From positions 5,483 through 69,482 of the forward strand of contig NZCO01000007.1 of NCBI GenBank assembly GCA_002686445.1: a stretch of 64,000 nucleotides of DNA, written 5' to 3'. Numbering within the stretch: the stretch's first letter is position 1; every line of letters starts with the position of its first letter. The position numbers were made by a program, and so were the translations under genes. Source of the DNA: a bacterium (lineage in GTDB: Bacteria; Patescibacteriota; Andersenbacteria; UBA10190). Of the stretch, positions 18,632-28,348 are shown piece after piece. The notes under the pieces were generated by a model. That model was not told the origin of the DNA, made no database searches, and saw only the letters and a list, made by a program, of their open reading frames with translations.

Positions 18632-20512
18632 ATGTGCGGAATAGCAGGAATATGGCATCGCGATGGCAGCCTCCCTCGGGAAAGCGACCTGGAGCGTATG
18701 GGCGAGACACTAGCTCATCGTGGTCCGGACGACCACGGTACGGTCATTTTAGGATCGTGCGGGTTAGCCCATCGTCGATTATCAATCATTGACTTAACTA
18801 CAGCCGGACGGCAGCCAATGACCACGGCTGACGGACGATTTACGATTTCATACAACGGTGAGATATATAACTACAAGGAGCTGGCGAGTACGTATCTAGC
18901 GGATGTGCCACTTACGTCTTCTTCGGATACCGAGGTCCTACTCAATCTATTAGCCCTACGTGGGACCGAAGTGTTGTCTGAAATACGCGGCATGTTTGCG
19001 CTGGCCTTGTGGGATAATCAAAAGCACGAGCTGGTATTGGCCCGGGATCCCTTTGGGAAGAAGCCGCTGTTCTACCAGTTAAGCAATCAGCGTGTGCAGT
19101 TTGCGTCTGAGCCCAAGGCCCTGCTCTCGGTGACCAAGGCTACTCAGAACAAGCTCGACCGCGAGGCTGTGGCCAACTACTTCCTGCACGAATATCCACC
19201 TGCGCCAGGAAGCATGTGGGCAGAGATACGTCAGCTCGAACCTGGGTCGTGGTTACGCATCACAAAGAAAAACACGCACACCGACAGGTTTTGGACTCCG
19301 CATTTTTTGCCAAAATGGCAGACTGACGAAAAACAAGCCCTAGGCACACTAGACTTACTTTTGAGGCGGGCGGTGGAGCGTCGCTTAATTGCCGACGTGC
19401 CTGTAGGACTCTTTTTAAGCGGCGGATTAGACTCCGCAACTATCGGTTGGTATGTATCTGAGCTCACAAACGAACCAATGCATTCTTTTTCTGTTGGCTT
19501 CGCCGAACAGGACTTTGACGAGTCACCACACGCACGTCGCGTGGCGCAGCACCTTGGCCTACAGCACCACGAGACAACCTTCGGATTAAAAGAGTTCAAA
19601 GAGGGGATTGAACGATTAGTCCCGCTGGTGGACATGCCACTTGCTGATGCCAGCCTGCTACCCACGGCGCTAGTCAGCCAATTAGCTAGTAAGGAAGTTA
19701 CTGTGGTGTTGGATGGCGACGGTAGCGATGAACTGCTTGCCGGCTACGGCACATTTAAGGCGGCCGAGGCTGCGGAGCGGATCCCTGGTCGAGAAGCCAT
19801 CGCCCCCTTCTTTCAAGAGCTCACTAGCTTACTTCCCACTCGACTGGGACACTTCACCTGGGACTTTGTCTTAAGGTCGTTTGTCCGGGGCTTGCCATAC
19901 TCCCTACATCGCCGGAACGCGATCTGGCTAGGGTCGTTCACAGATGTTGACCTAAAATCGTTGCTCATGCCCGCTTGGCAGGCTCAGGTTGACATGCTGT
20001 TTGCGGGACCGGATGCTGTGGCTAAAGAGTTCACTGATGAAACAATTCTTGACCAAGTATCCGCACTTACCATTGATGGGTATTTAACGAACGATATCCT
20101 GGTCAAGCTCGACCGCGCCACGATGTATTCTAGCATTGAGGCCCGTACGCCATTTCTCGACACAGACCTAGCTGACTTTTTATTGCGGCTTCCCGATGCG
20201 CTCAAGCGCGAGAAGTATTTACTGAAGCGTCTGATGAGAGATCGTTTGCCCGCCGGCATTGTTGATCGACCCAAAAAGGGGTTTGGTATCCCGCTCGGCA
20301 GTTGGCTCCGTGGCCCCCTTCATGATTGGGCGACCGAGGTTCTCGATGCGACGAAGCTGCATAATCAGGGGATATTAAACGCCCGCTACGTGACCCGGCT
20401 GCTGCGCGAGCACAAGGCAGGGCGAGCTGACCATCGTAAGAAACTCTGGACGCTCCTCTCCTGGCAGCTGTGGTATGACTATTGGGTTGCTAATGAGAGA
20501 GGAGAGAGGTAA
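18632..20512 (+). CDS. asnB: Asparagine synthase (glutamine-hydrolysing) family amidotransferase, probably glycan amidation
   Basis: MCGIAG, HRGPD, HRRLSIID, NGEIYN, LSGGLDS, GDGSDE, R.KKGF. Confidence 0.93.
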   Translation: MCGIAGIWHRDGSLPRESDLERMGETLAHRGPDDHGTVILGSCGLAHRRLSIIDLTTAGRQPMTTADGRFTISYNGEIYNYKELASTYLADVPLTSSSDTEVLLNLLALRGTEVLSEIRGMFALALWDNQKHELVLARDPFGKKPLFYQLSNQRVQFASEPKALLSVTKATQNKLDREAVANYFLHEYPPAPGSMWAEIRQLEPGSWLRITKKNTHTDRFWTPHFLPKWQTDEKQALGTLDLLLRRAVERRLIADVPVGLFLSGGLDSATIGWYVSELTNEPMHSFSVGFAEQDFDESPHARRVAQHLGLQHHETTFGLKEFKEGIERLVPLVDMPLADASLLPTALVSQLASKEVTVVLDGDGSDELLAGYGTFKAAEAAERIPGREAIAPFFQELTSLLPTRLGHFTWDFVLRSFVRGLPYSLHRRNAIWLGSFTDVDLKSLLMPAWQAQVDMLFAGPDAVAKEFTDETILDQVSALTIDGYLTNDILVKLDRATMYSSIEARTPFLDTDLADFLLRLPDALKREKYLLKRLMRDRLPAGIVDRPKKGFGIPLGSWLRGPLHDWATEVLDATKLHNQGILNARYVTRLLREHKAGRADHRKKLWTLLSWQLWYDYWVANERGER

Positions 20513-20559
20513 CTCCTGCCTCATGACGTTCGCTACGCTCACTGCTCTCTCCTCACATG
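20493..20559. repeat. REP-like nested palindrome across the asnB stop
   Basis: GAGGAGAGAG pairs with CTCTCTCCTC around an inner 'TTCGCTACGCTC' segment. Confidence 0.45.
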
Positions 20560-20626
20560 GAGACGAAGAAGACAGGGGAACCCTGATTTTCTTCGCGACA
20601 TTTTAATTCTGCCGATACGACACACT

Positions 20627-21022
20627 TCACTTGAAGTAGTAAGTCAGCGCTAACATCGTCACGCTTCCCAAGAGGAAGGAGACCACCCCTTTTATCCAAG
20701 TATATTTGCCAAACGCCTCTTCTACAAAACCTGCCCAACTGATGAGCTTTCTTCCCTCTTTTGTCACCGTCAGCCGGTCTCGGCTACCGTCATTGTACCC
20801 AAGATATACGCCAATCGAGTCCTCTAGCGCCTCTCGCAGTCTATATTGAACGTCATTTGGTCTACGCAGATAGATTAATATGTAGTTGATTTGTGGCCAT
20901 CTCCACCAAACCCGAGGCGGGATAAATTCTAGAATTAGATCGAGCTCAGTGGGCGAAATGCCGTCCCTGTTTAGCCGCTGTACTTTTTTGACAAAGTATC
21001 GTTGTAAAGCTAAATGATCCAT
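20627..21022 (-). CDS. Hypothetical protein with C-terminal TM helix (possibly winged-helix-like)
   Basis: ORF with 'LTVTKEGRK' and hydrophobic tail; TATCCT-N6-ATG favours start 21022. Confidence 0.6.
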   Translation of the reverse strand: MDHLALQRYFVKKVQRLNRDGISPTELDLILEFIPPRVWWRWPQINYILIYLRRPNDVQYRLREALEDSIGVYLGYNDGSRDRLTVTKEGRKLISWAGFVEEAFGKYTWIKGVVSFLLGSVTMLALTYYFK

Positions 21023-21090
21023 AGGTGTAGGATACACTTTTTAGGCGCCCAATCCTTTTTCTTGCAAGTAGAGCTAGGCTGTCGAAAGAA

Positions 21091-22563
21091 TTATAGAGCT
21101 GATCGATTGTAGATCCAGGCCATCTCAATTCCAGACAGGCGGATTATGTGCTCAGGGGTAAATTGTTTGTAATACGTAACGAGGTCAGTCTCCCAGGCAT
21201 CGGGACCACGTGCCAGCATTGAACGGTAGATAATCACGTAATCGGCGCTGCCGTTGTCGTGCTGATGTGCGTTGATCGCCCGGCCGACGAACTTTGACTC
21301 GAATTCACTAGGCCAGACTGTGGCAACGGTAAGGGAATCGACGTTGGGCTTGCTGTTGAGATACTTAGCGGCGAGATCCAGTCCTTCCCCCCAGCCATGA
21401 CGACGCTCACCGAACAATGAGCGGGTCAGCGGGTTTACATAGGCGAGCTGGTGCTGATAATCAGTTACGATGATGCCGGCCTGCCAAATGATCGTGAGGG
21501 TGGCGAGCACTAGCGCAGCCGGCCGCCACAGTGCCTTCGTTTTCAAAGTGACCAGCCAGCCAAGAGTGATAGCCGCGCTGGCATCCAGAAAGAGAAACGA
21601 GGGCAAGACGTATCGGTCACCCTTCTTTAGTCCGATCATCATTTGGACTGTGAAGAGGACTGCGAACAGGAGGAATACAACGATGGCTGTTCTGTCCAAC
21701 TTACTGTCTTTAGCAACTCGCTGGTGCCAGGCAAGAGCACCTATAGCGATGACTAGCAACAACATCTGTGCAGGAGTTGAGAAGAATAGTAGTGAGCCAA
21801 GGTAATAGGTGGCCGGCGCCGCGTGGGCATCAAGATACTCGTCCGAGCGGAAGAGCTCTGCGAACTCTCCATATACACCCAGCGGCGCCACAGCGATTGA
21901 AGGCAGAAATATTATGAGTCCTATGGCAAAGGCGACTAGCCAGATCACGCTGGTGCGGGTGAGCAGTTTTGTGCCCCACTTATGGCGCCAAGCCCAGTAG
22001 ATAAGTACGAGTCCGGTGAACGGCACGATAATAACGCCGGGTAGCTTCGACAGGAGCGCGGCCGCCCCCGCTACGCCAGCCAGCACGAGGTAGCGAGTTT
22101 GTGTATCTTTTTGCCACAGCAGAAGCGCCGCTACCGAGAGCAATAAGAATAGAGCTAACAACGAATCCATGGCGTACACGCGCGTATGTGCGAACAGGAA
22201 TGGGTTCGTGGCCAGCAGCGCTATCGCCAGACCGCCTGTCCAAGCGCCCCAGCGTCGCCAAAAGATATAGCCGATCAGCAAAATTAGCAGTCCCTGCCCG
22301 ACAACCAGGGGTAGTTTCTTAATGGCCCAGTCATCAGCTCGTATGGTGAGCGCTCCTAACCACTGGGTGGTGATTCCTGGATGGGGTTGCTGCACCAACT
22401 GGTCAATTTGCCCGTGCGCGAACTTCGTCACGAACCCACTGGTGTTGGCTAGCCATCGCTTTTCATCAGGCGAGCGAACCGCATCTAAATCGAGCACACG
22501 TGGGACAAATACAGCCAGCATAAGTCCGGCAATCACTAATACTTTCACTACCCGCGTATCCAT
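21091..22563 (-). CDS. ArnT/PMT-like GT-C glycosyltransferase, third paralog of 7179/9200
   Basis: 'SPDEKRW', 'HPGITTQWL', 'KKGDRYVLP', 'GWGEGLDLAAKYL'; lacks the C-terminal beta domain. Confidence 0.85.
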   Translation of the reverse strand: MDTRVVKVLVIAGLMLAVFVPRVLDLDAVRSPDEKRWLANTSGFVTKFAHGQIDQLVQQPHPGITTQWLGALTIRADDWAIKKLPLVVGQGLLILLIGYIFWRRWGAWTGGLAIALLATNPFLFAHTRVYAMDSLLALFLLLSVAALLLWQKDTQTRYLVLAGVAGAAALLSKLPGVIIVPFTGLVLIYWAWRHKWGTKLLTRTSVIWLVAFAIGLIIFLPSIAVAPLGVYGEFAELFRSDEYLDAHAAPATYYLGSLLFFSTPAQMLLLVIAIGALAWHQRVAKDSKLDRTAIVVFLLFAVLFTVQMMIGLKKGDRYVLPSFLFLDASAAITLGWLVTLKTKALWRPAALVLATLTIIWQAGIIVTDYQHQLAYVNPLTRSLFGERRHGWGEGLDLAAKYLNSKPNVDSLTVATVWPSEFESKFVGRAINAHQHDNGSADYVIIYRSMLARGPDAWETDLVTYYKQFTPEHIIRLSGIEMAWIYNRSAL

Positions 22564-22587
22564 ACTGGTATACTATAGGTTGTTGAG

Positions 22588-22986
22588 ATGAATACACTAG
22601 CCAAAAAAGAAGCGTTCATTCTTGGATTGATTGTAGTGCTGTTTATCGCGCTGTTTATACCAGCACTGCTGCAGAGTCGAGCTGAGAAGCGCGACGGCAT
22701 TAGACGGGATGAGATTGCGGAGCGAAAGACAGACCTGGAGCTCTACTTCAACGATCATGAGGCCTACCCCCTCGAGTTTGATGCGTCGCCACATCAATAT
22801 GTGGTGACTGATCAGGATCAAGCTGGCGCGACGTATTGGTTTTTGCGGGCCGTACTAGAAAACCCCGCTGACACTGGGGCCTACTATGATGCGGAGTCGG
22901 GGCGAAACTATCACTACCGAATCCAACAGGTGGACGGGCAGACCGTATATGAAGTGTGTGGTGGCGGACCCGACTGTCCACTATAA
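22588..22986 (+). CDS. Pilin/pseudopilin-like protein (GspG-like) with degenerate leader
   Basis: Hydrophobic helix then 'SRAEKRDGIRRDEI....LELYFNDHEAYP', 'A.LEN' and a terminal Cys pair. Confidence 0.7.
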   Translation: MNTLAKKEAFILGLIVVLFIALFIPALLQSRAEKRDGIRRDEIAERKTDLELYFNDHEAYPLEFDASPHQYVVTDQDQAGATYWFLRAVLENPADTGAYYDAESGRNYHYRIQQVDGQTVYEVCGGGPDCPL

Positions 22987-23002
22987 ATAGGGAAAAGTTA
23001 CT

Positions 23003-23692
23003 ATGATACAAATATTGATTCGCAGCGCTATTTCGATAGTGCTGGTCGTGGGGCTTATCATTCTTGGGGTGCGGTATCTACAGGAACCAGTTATTCGGCC
23101 AACGGTCGAGATAGAAGCCAGCCAAGACACGCTGACGAATGTTGTCCCGGTATATGCCCAGTTCGTAGCGACGCAGAAACTAATCCTAGATTCCGCTGGC
23201 CCGGTTACATACATAGAGCTCCCGGTCTATGAAGCAGAGCTTGGTCAGCACTTCACTGTCATGTTGCGAGGCGCAGAAACGGTAGGGGAGTGGGACTTGA
23301 TGACAACAGCCGCGGGGGAAGTGGTGCCGGCAAGACTGACACTGACACCGGCGCGGGTGCTCACCGGTGACTTTGAACTGCAAATAGATGGTGACAGCAT
23401 CAGTCACGACGATAAGGATCTTGCACCACAACTCTTCATTCAGACAGCGGACGATTACTATCCAGACGGCAACTATCGCATTGCTGATAACGAAAAGCAG
23501 GGGGATATAGCTATGGTGCTCTATGAAGAGGTCTCGAACCTACAGGAGTATCAGGAAGATTGGCGCAATCGCCCGCTCAATGCCGTGAAGCTCGGGCTGC
23601 TCGTTGCACTTACGCTTTTGCTGGCTGCTAGCGTCGCGTGGCTCCGACTCACTCCCCTCTCTAGGCAAGAAAACGGCTCATCCGCTGGCTGA
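23003..23692 (+). CDS. Hypothetical membrane protein (TM - beta-rich domain - TM)
   Basis: Hydrophobic N- and C-terminal segments flanking an acidic domain ending 'DDYYPDG...GDIAM'. Confidence 0.75.
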   Translation: MIQILIRSAISIVLVVGLIILGVRYLQEPVIRPTVEIEASQDTLTNVVPVYAQFVATQKLILDSAGPVTYIELPVYEAELGQHFTVMLRGAETVGEWDLMTTAAGEVVPARLTLTPARVLTGDFELQIDGDSISHDDKDLAPQLFIQTADDYYPDGNYRIADNEKQGDIAMVLYEEVSNLQEYQEDWRNRPLNAVKLGLLVALTLLLAASVAWLRLTPLSRQENGSSAG

Positions 23693-23702
23693 GCCGTTTT
23701 TT
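23670..23702. terminator. Bidirectional terminator / hairpin repeat copy 2
   Basis: AAAACGGCTCA-tccgctggc-TGAGCCGTTTTTT between convergent genes. Confidence 0.7.
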
Positions 23703-23716
23703 GGATACTAAGGCTC

Positions 23717-24688
23717 CTATTTCCTAAAGTTTGGGAGGTACCAGTCCTGGTACCAGCTGACGAATTTCTTTACTCCTTCCTCAATGGAAGTCGTGGGTTT
23801 GTAACCAAGGCGCTCCTTAGCCTTACTGATGTCTGCCAGTGTCTGGGGGACGTCGCCAGGGGGCAGCGGCACATCTGTGATAGTCGCCTTTTTATCCAGT
23901 GCCGCTTCAATAGCCTTTATGAAACGAGGCAGCGGGACAGCATCCTGATTACCTAGGTTATATATTTCGTAGCCTGCAGGCGGATTGTCGATTGCGCCCA
24001 GAAGGCCTTGGACGATGTCATCAATAAACGTAAAGTCACGTTTGGTTTCGGAGCCACGCATCTCAATTGTGCGACCCTCTTCGATCGCTTCAGTAAATTT
24101 AAATAGTGCCATCTCGGGACGACCCCATGGGCCATAGACGGTGAAGAAGCGCACTGCGGAAATAGGGAGGTCATACAGGTAATTCCAGGTGGCGCAGAGC
24201 GCTTCGCCGGCCACCTTGGTGGCTGCGTACGGTGAAATTGGTTTTGACACGTCATCGGTCTCCGATAGTGGCATTTCTTCCCGGCCACCATACACGGATG
24301 AGCTTGAAGCGAAAACAAAGTTTTTCACATTATGCTTACGCGCTTCTTCAAGCATTACAATCGTCCCGTTAATGTTTGCGTTGCTATAGGTTAGTGGCTC
24401 GTCGATGCTGCGTTGGACAGCAGCCCAGGCTGCGAGATGCACAACCGCATCGAATTTATGGTTAGCAAATACCTTGGCCATAGCTTCAGCATCCGAGACA
24501 TCCTCGCGGATAAGCACATCCGTTGGGAAGTCTGGAAGCAGCTCTGATACTCGAGCTTCCTTTAGCTTTGGATCGTAGCGGTTGTTAAAATCATCGACTA
24601 TAACAACCTCATCGCCTCGGGCGAGTAGTTCTTTTACGAGGTGCGCTCCAATAAAGCCCGCACCGCCTGTTACGAGTATCTTACTCAT
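23717..24688 (-). CDS. UDP-glucuronate 4-epimerase-like SDR
   Basis: GGAGFIG, FASSSSVYG, SPYAATK, RFFTVYGPWGRP, PGDV..T.ADI. Confidence 0.9.
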   Translation of the reverse strand: MSKILVTGGAGFIGAHLVKELLARGDEVVIVDDFNNRYDPKLKEARVSELLPDFPTDVLIREDVSDAEAMAKVFANHKFDAVVHLAAWAAVQRSIDEPLTYSNANINGTIVMLEEARKHNVKNFVFASSSSVYGGREEMPLSETDDVSKPISPYAATKVAGEALCATWNYLYDLPISAVRFFTVYGPWGRPEMALFKFTEAIEEGRTIEMRGSETKRDFTFIDDIVQGLLGAIDNPPAGYEIYNLGNQDAVPLPRFIKAIEAALDKKATITDVPLPPGDVPQTLADISKAKERLGYKPTTSIEEGVKKFVSWYQDWYLPNFRK

Positions 24689-25010
24689 GCCGTAAGAGTA
24701 TAGCAGCTGTACCAATTGTCGCTAGTATACCCCATATACCCACTGACAGACCTAATTGGACCGCTGTCGGGACTGCGTCGGGCCACGGTATAGGCAGCCA
24801 AAATGCCAGCGCGATCAGGATCACTAAGCCCGCTGGCACAACGAAATCAGGCAACTTACGAGCAACACTCAACCAGACCAGGATGGTGCCGACTATACTT
24901 GCCCAAAAAGTCACAGATAGGGGAATTGGAGCCAGCACGCTTGCGGCGGCCACTAACAACAGCCAGCTACTGGCAGTTACCATGAACTGACGTACCTTAT
25001 CGGAGATCAT
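24681..25010 (-). CDS. Small hypothetical membrane protein (about 4 TM)
   Basis: Almost entirely hydrophobic ORF filling the gap and overlapping both co-directional neighbours. Confidence 0.6.
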   Translation of the reverse strand: MISDKVRQFMVTASSWLLLVAAASVLAPIPLSVTFWASIVGTILVWLSVARKLPDFVVPAGLVILIALAFWLPIPWPDAVPTAVQLGLSVGIWGILATIGTAAILLRHE

Positions 25011-26406
25011 AGATGGTTACCTTGCCGTCTTCGTACAGTGGATGATGTTGTGTTGCGAAGTTCGAACTTACCGGCTCGCGTCTGCCGAAGAAGATGACAG
25101 CGTCTGCTTCCAGCTCCTTCGCTGCTGTCCGAAGCGCCGCGTCCGTAGCATGAAATACCGCCTCGCCTTCACCAATCGCTTCCCAGGTATGGTGGCTCAA
25201 GACCGGGATCCACTCACTGTGCCGGTTCACGGATGTTGAGACTATGTGCCCGGCTGGTAAGTTAGCGTGCAGCCAGGAGATGGCGGCTAGCTCATCGTCG
25301 TGTACTCGAGAATACTGGCTTGGCGATTCGTACACGTTATAGACGACTGAAGCCTCTTGCCATAACCCGACTCCCGCAGTGCCAAACAGGATAACTATAA
25401 AGACGGCCCGCATGAGGGTATTTGGAAAGACTCGGCGGCTAACTGCACTGAGACCAATTGCGCCGAAGGCTACTATCGTGAGCAATAGATAGGGCTCAAA
25501 GCGGAAGGCGAAGAGATTGATACCGAGGAGTGTATTAAAACTGGTTAGTATCGAGACAATCCCCAGGGCAATCAGGAATAGGGTACCGAAACGGTTACGC
25601 CTGCGTTGTAACCAACTGAAGACTAAACCGATCGGCGCCAGCAAAACCAGCGGGCCGACCGGGCTTTTCAGATATTCCGCGAACGCAACACCTCTCTCCT
25701 CGGGCACGAAGTTGCCCACGGCAATATTGCTCAGGCTGGTTATCAGTCCTACGCCAACTATCATCACCAAGAAGAGTGTCAAGGCATGAAAAGTCTTACG
25801 TTTGGTTTTGCTAAGTCTGCGATACATAACCGCCACGGAAATAGCGACTAGCGTTATAAGTAGTCCGAGGAACAGGGCTGTCATAGGGTGCAGCACGGCT
25901 GCAATCAGGGTGAGAACAATAGCGACGATAGAGCGACCAGAACTCCAGCGCTCTAGTGCCAGCAACAAGAACGGCAAGCTAAGTAGCTGCGCTAGCGTAG
26001 CGTCTTCATAATGTCCGCTGAGCATAGTGGTGAGTCCCCAGCCCGCCAGCGCGATAACGCCGGCTGTCCAACCGTATTGACGATAGACGAGCCAGCCTAA
26101 AGCGAGGCCGGTAGCTAGGTACGCCAGCGTCATAACCCAAACGAAGACTGAGGGCCAGTTGGGGTCAGTTAGATCAATAATGGCGAGCCCAGCAGTTACC
26201 ACGGGATAATTAGAGTTTCGTGCCAGAGTTGTGATACTTGCAGCCAAACCCTGACTGGTTGCGTCTGAAACCTCTTGCGCGCGGTCAATATATCGGACCG
26301 CATCCCCTCCGATGGGAAATGTTGTCTGCAAGGGATATTGCAAAACGAGGGTGCCACAGAAAATAATTGCAGCAATTAGTGGCAGGGACTTTAGAGATTT
26401 ACGCAT
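24997..26406 (-). CDS. GT-C-like multi-pass membrane protein
   Basis: 'PIGGDA..Y', 'NYP', 'HP', 'RF', 'AAISWL..N' as in archaeal-type GT-C proteins; start probably 26406. Confidence 0.7.
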   Translation of the reverse strand: MRKSLKSLPLIAAIIFCGTLVLQYPLQTTFPIGGDAVRYIDRAQEVSDATSQGLAASITTLARNSNYPVVTAGLAIIDLTDPNWPSVFVWVMTLAYLATGLALGWLVYRQYGWTAGVIALAGWGLTTMLSGHYEDATLAQLLSLPFLLLALERWSSGRSIVAIVLTLIAAVLHPMTALFLGLLITLVAISVAVMYRRLSKTKRKTFHALTLFLVMIVGVGLITSLSNIAVGNFVPEERGVAFAEYLKSPVGPLVLLAPIGLVFSWLQRRRNRFGTLFLIALGIVSILTSFNTLLGINLFAFRFEPYLLLTIVAFGAIGLSAVSRRVFPNTLMRAVFIVILFGTAGVGLWQEASVVYNVYESPSQYSRVHDDELAAISWLHANLPAGHIVSTSVNRHSEWIPVLSHHTWEAIGEGEAVFHATDAALRTAAKELEADAVIFFGRREPVSSNFATQHHPLYEDGKVTIYDLR

Positions 26407-26459
26407 GGCCGAGTGTTTGGTTACTAGTGTACTACGTCCCGAGTCTCGTTTCAGAGCAC

Positions 26460-26486
26460 AAAAAAACCCTCTCACACGAGAGGGCT
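26460..26486 (-). terminator. Intrinsic terminator
   Basis: Minus strand GCCCTCTC-gtgt-GAGAGGGT followed by T run, downstream of stop 26508. Confidence 0.75.
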
Positions 26487-26507
26487 TTCCTCATTGCTGC
26501 CCTCGAA

Positions 26508-27095
26508 TTAGTCGCCGCGGCGACCCTCTTTAACAAGAATCAGGCGATCATTGCTGACATAGCTGGCTGTCAGCTTGTGAGAAGAAAAGACTTTCTCAAG
26601 CTTCTGTCGAGTGATACCCGACCAATCCTCCTGCGGTTTTTTCTTGGTACCAAAGAGCCTGACATCGTCAATAATGATCAGGTCTGCGTAGGGGCGTTTG
26701 GCAATAGCAGTAAGTTCCCCGTACAGCGGTATGTCTCGTCCCGCGGTGTACCCAGATGAGCAGTGCGCGTCGAGGAAGAACACAGCCGGCTCGGTAGTCC
26801 GCGCAGCAATTTTTGGCAATATTCTCGCGGAATCTCCGAAGCGGAATCGAATGCCTTGTCCGAATAACTTAAAACGAGCATAGACGTAGAATAGAGGTGA
26901 TAGCTCTATTGTGTGGCGGACAGAAAAGAGCGATCGCATATTCTTGATAGTTCTTCCCAGCTCAGTACCGGACTCTATGAAAACGCGGATCGAACTATAC
27001 TGAGGGTGCGCTGCAAGAATTTCTCCAACTTCTTGGGTAGTAAGTGGGCCGGCCATAGCTACGGGCGAACGTAATTTAATATCATATGGAGTCAC
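26508..27095 (-). CDS. Class I SAM-methyltransferase-like protein
   Basis: 'VFIESGT..G', 'TIELS', 'GDS', 'FFLDAH', 'IIIDD'. Confidence 0.7.
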   Translation of the reverse strand: MTPYDIKLRSPVAMAGPLTTQEVGEILAAHPQYSSIRVFIESGTELGRTIKNMRSLFSVRHTIELSPLFYVYARFKLFGQGIRFRFGDSARILPKIAARTTEPAVFFLDAHCSSGYTAGRDIPLYGELTAIAKRPYADLIIIDDVRLFGTKKKPQEDWSGITRQKLEKVFSSHKLTASYVSNDRLILVKEGRRGD

Positions 27096-27177
27096 GAATA
27101 GTTATCACAATATAGTACGCGCAATCAGCCTATATAAGGAAGTATCGCGCGCGCAGCCTGAGGGGCTTGTCTAGAAC

Positions 27178-28245
27178 CTACTTAGTGACCTTTTCTAGGT
27201 ATTCAACCCAGCGGACAGCGCTATGGCCTCGAAAAACGTCAGCGCGTCCTCGGTGACCCATTTCTTCGAGTAACGGCCAATTAACCAGTCCATCCACAAG
27301 GAATCGTTCAATACTAGCTACGATATCCTCGGGTGAGCTCGCCGAACTTAGATAGCCCGTCTCGCCACGACGCACGTACGAGGCAGCACCAGCGTCCTCA
27401 CTGACGATCACCGGCAGACCGGCAGCCATTGCTTCGACAACCGCATAGCCTAAGGGCTCGTGGCGTGCAGGCAATATAAAGAGGTGGGATGTTGCATAGA
27501 GTGCTGCCATGTCTTCATAGCCAACGTCAGCAATGATTTGAATACTGTCTCGTAGCTGAAGTGAGTCAACAAGCTGCTGGGCCAACTCGTATTCGCGTTT
27601 ACTTGTCGGGTGCGAAGTCTGATTCGCGATGATGGTGAGCTGGAGTTGGAGTTTGGGATATTTGTTCTTCAGCAGGCCTATCGCCTGAAGCAGCGTCGGT
27701 AGTTGTTTACGCGGTTGCCACTTGCCGACGGTCAGCACCCGCAAGGTCTCCTGCGGAGGAAACGCAGCCAGCTCAAACCGGGCCGCATCAATAGCTGCTG
27801 GAAGATAGGATATGCGGCGTATGCGCGGTTTTAGGTGTTGATAGCTTGGTGAGGTGACGCAGATAACATCAGCTCGCAGAACGTTTAGCCAGGTGATCAT
27901 CAGCTGCCACAACACGCGATAGCCTGGAAATGATCGGTGGCTGATGCGCTGCACGATTACAACCGGTCGATAGCCCAGTATCGGCGCGAACAACAAAGGG
28001 AGAATATTTAGCGGATTGTTGATGTGCTTAAGTACGACAACATCTGCACCCTTGAGCAACGACCACAGTGACCGGGGCTGGTACATGAAGGCTGGCCGAC
28101 CCCACATGAGGGGTGCTCGATTACTTATGCCCGGTATCAGTTTGCTAATTCGGTGGGATAAGAACTCGACATCGTTACCCTGAGCCAGGGCACGATACGT
28201 GTCGAGCATGTTGTTGTGGTATTGGTGGAGTATCTTGATTTTCAT
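27178..28245 (-). CDS. GT4 glycosyltransferase
   Basis: 'VGKWQPRK', 'EPLGYAVVEAMAAGLPV'. Confidence 0.88.
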   Translation of the reverse strand: MKIKILHQYHNNMLDTYRALAQGNDVEFLSHRISKLIPGISNRAPLMWGRPAFMYQPRSLWSLLKGADVVVLKHINNPLNILPLLFAPILGYRPVVIVQRISHRSFPGYRVLWQLMITWLNVLRADVICVTSPSYQHLKPRIRRISYLPAAIDAARFELAAFPPQETLRVLTVGKWQPRKQLPTLLQAIGLLKNKYPKLQLQLTIIANQTSHPTSKREYELAQQLVDSLQLRDSIQIIADVGYEDMAALYATSHLFILPARHEPLGYAVVEAMAAGLPVIVSEDAGAASYVRRGETGYLSSASSPEDIVASIERFLVDGLVNWPLLEEMGHRGRADVFRGHSAVRWVEYLEKVTK

Positions 28246-28348
28246 GCTATTTACTAGGAACGGCGGCATTTAAGCGATATAGCCGCCATAAAACATACTA
28301 CGAGTCTAGCACCTGCCGAAGAGTCGAGGATAGGGTAGGATGGTGGGT

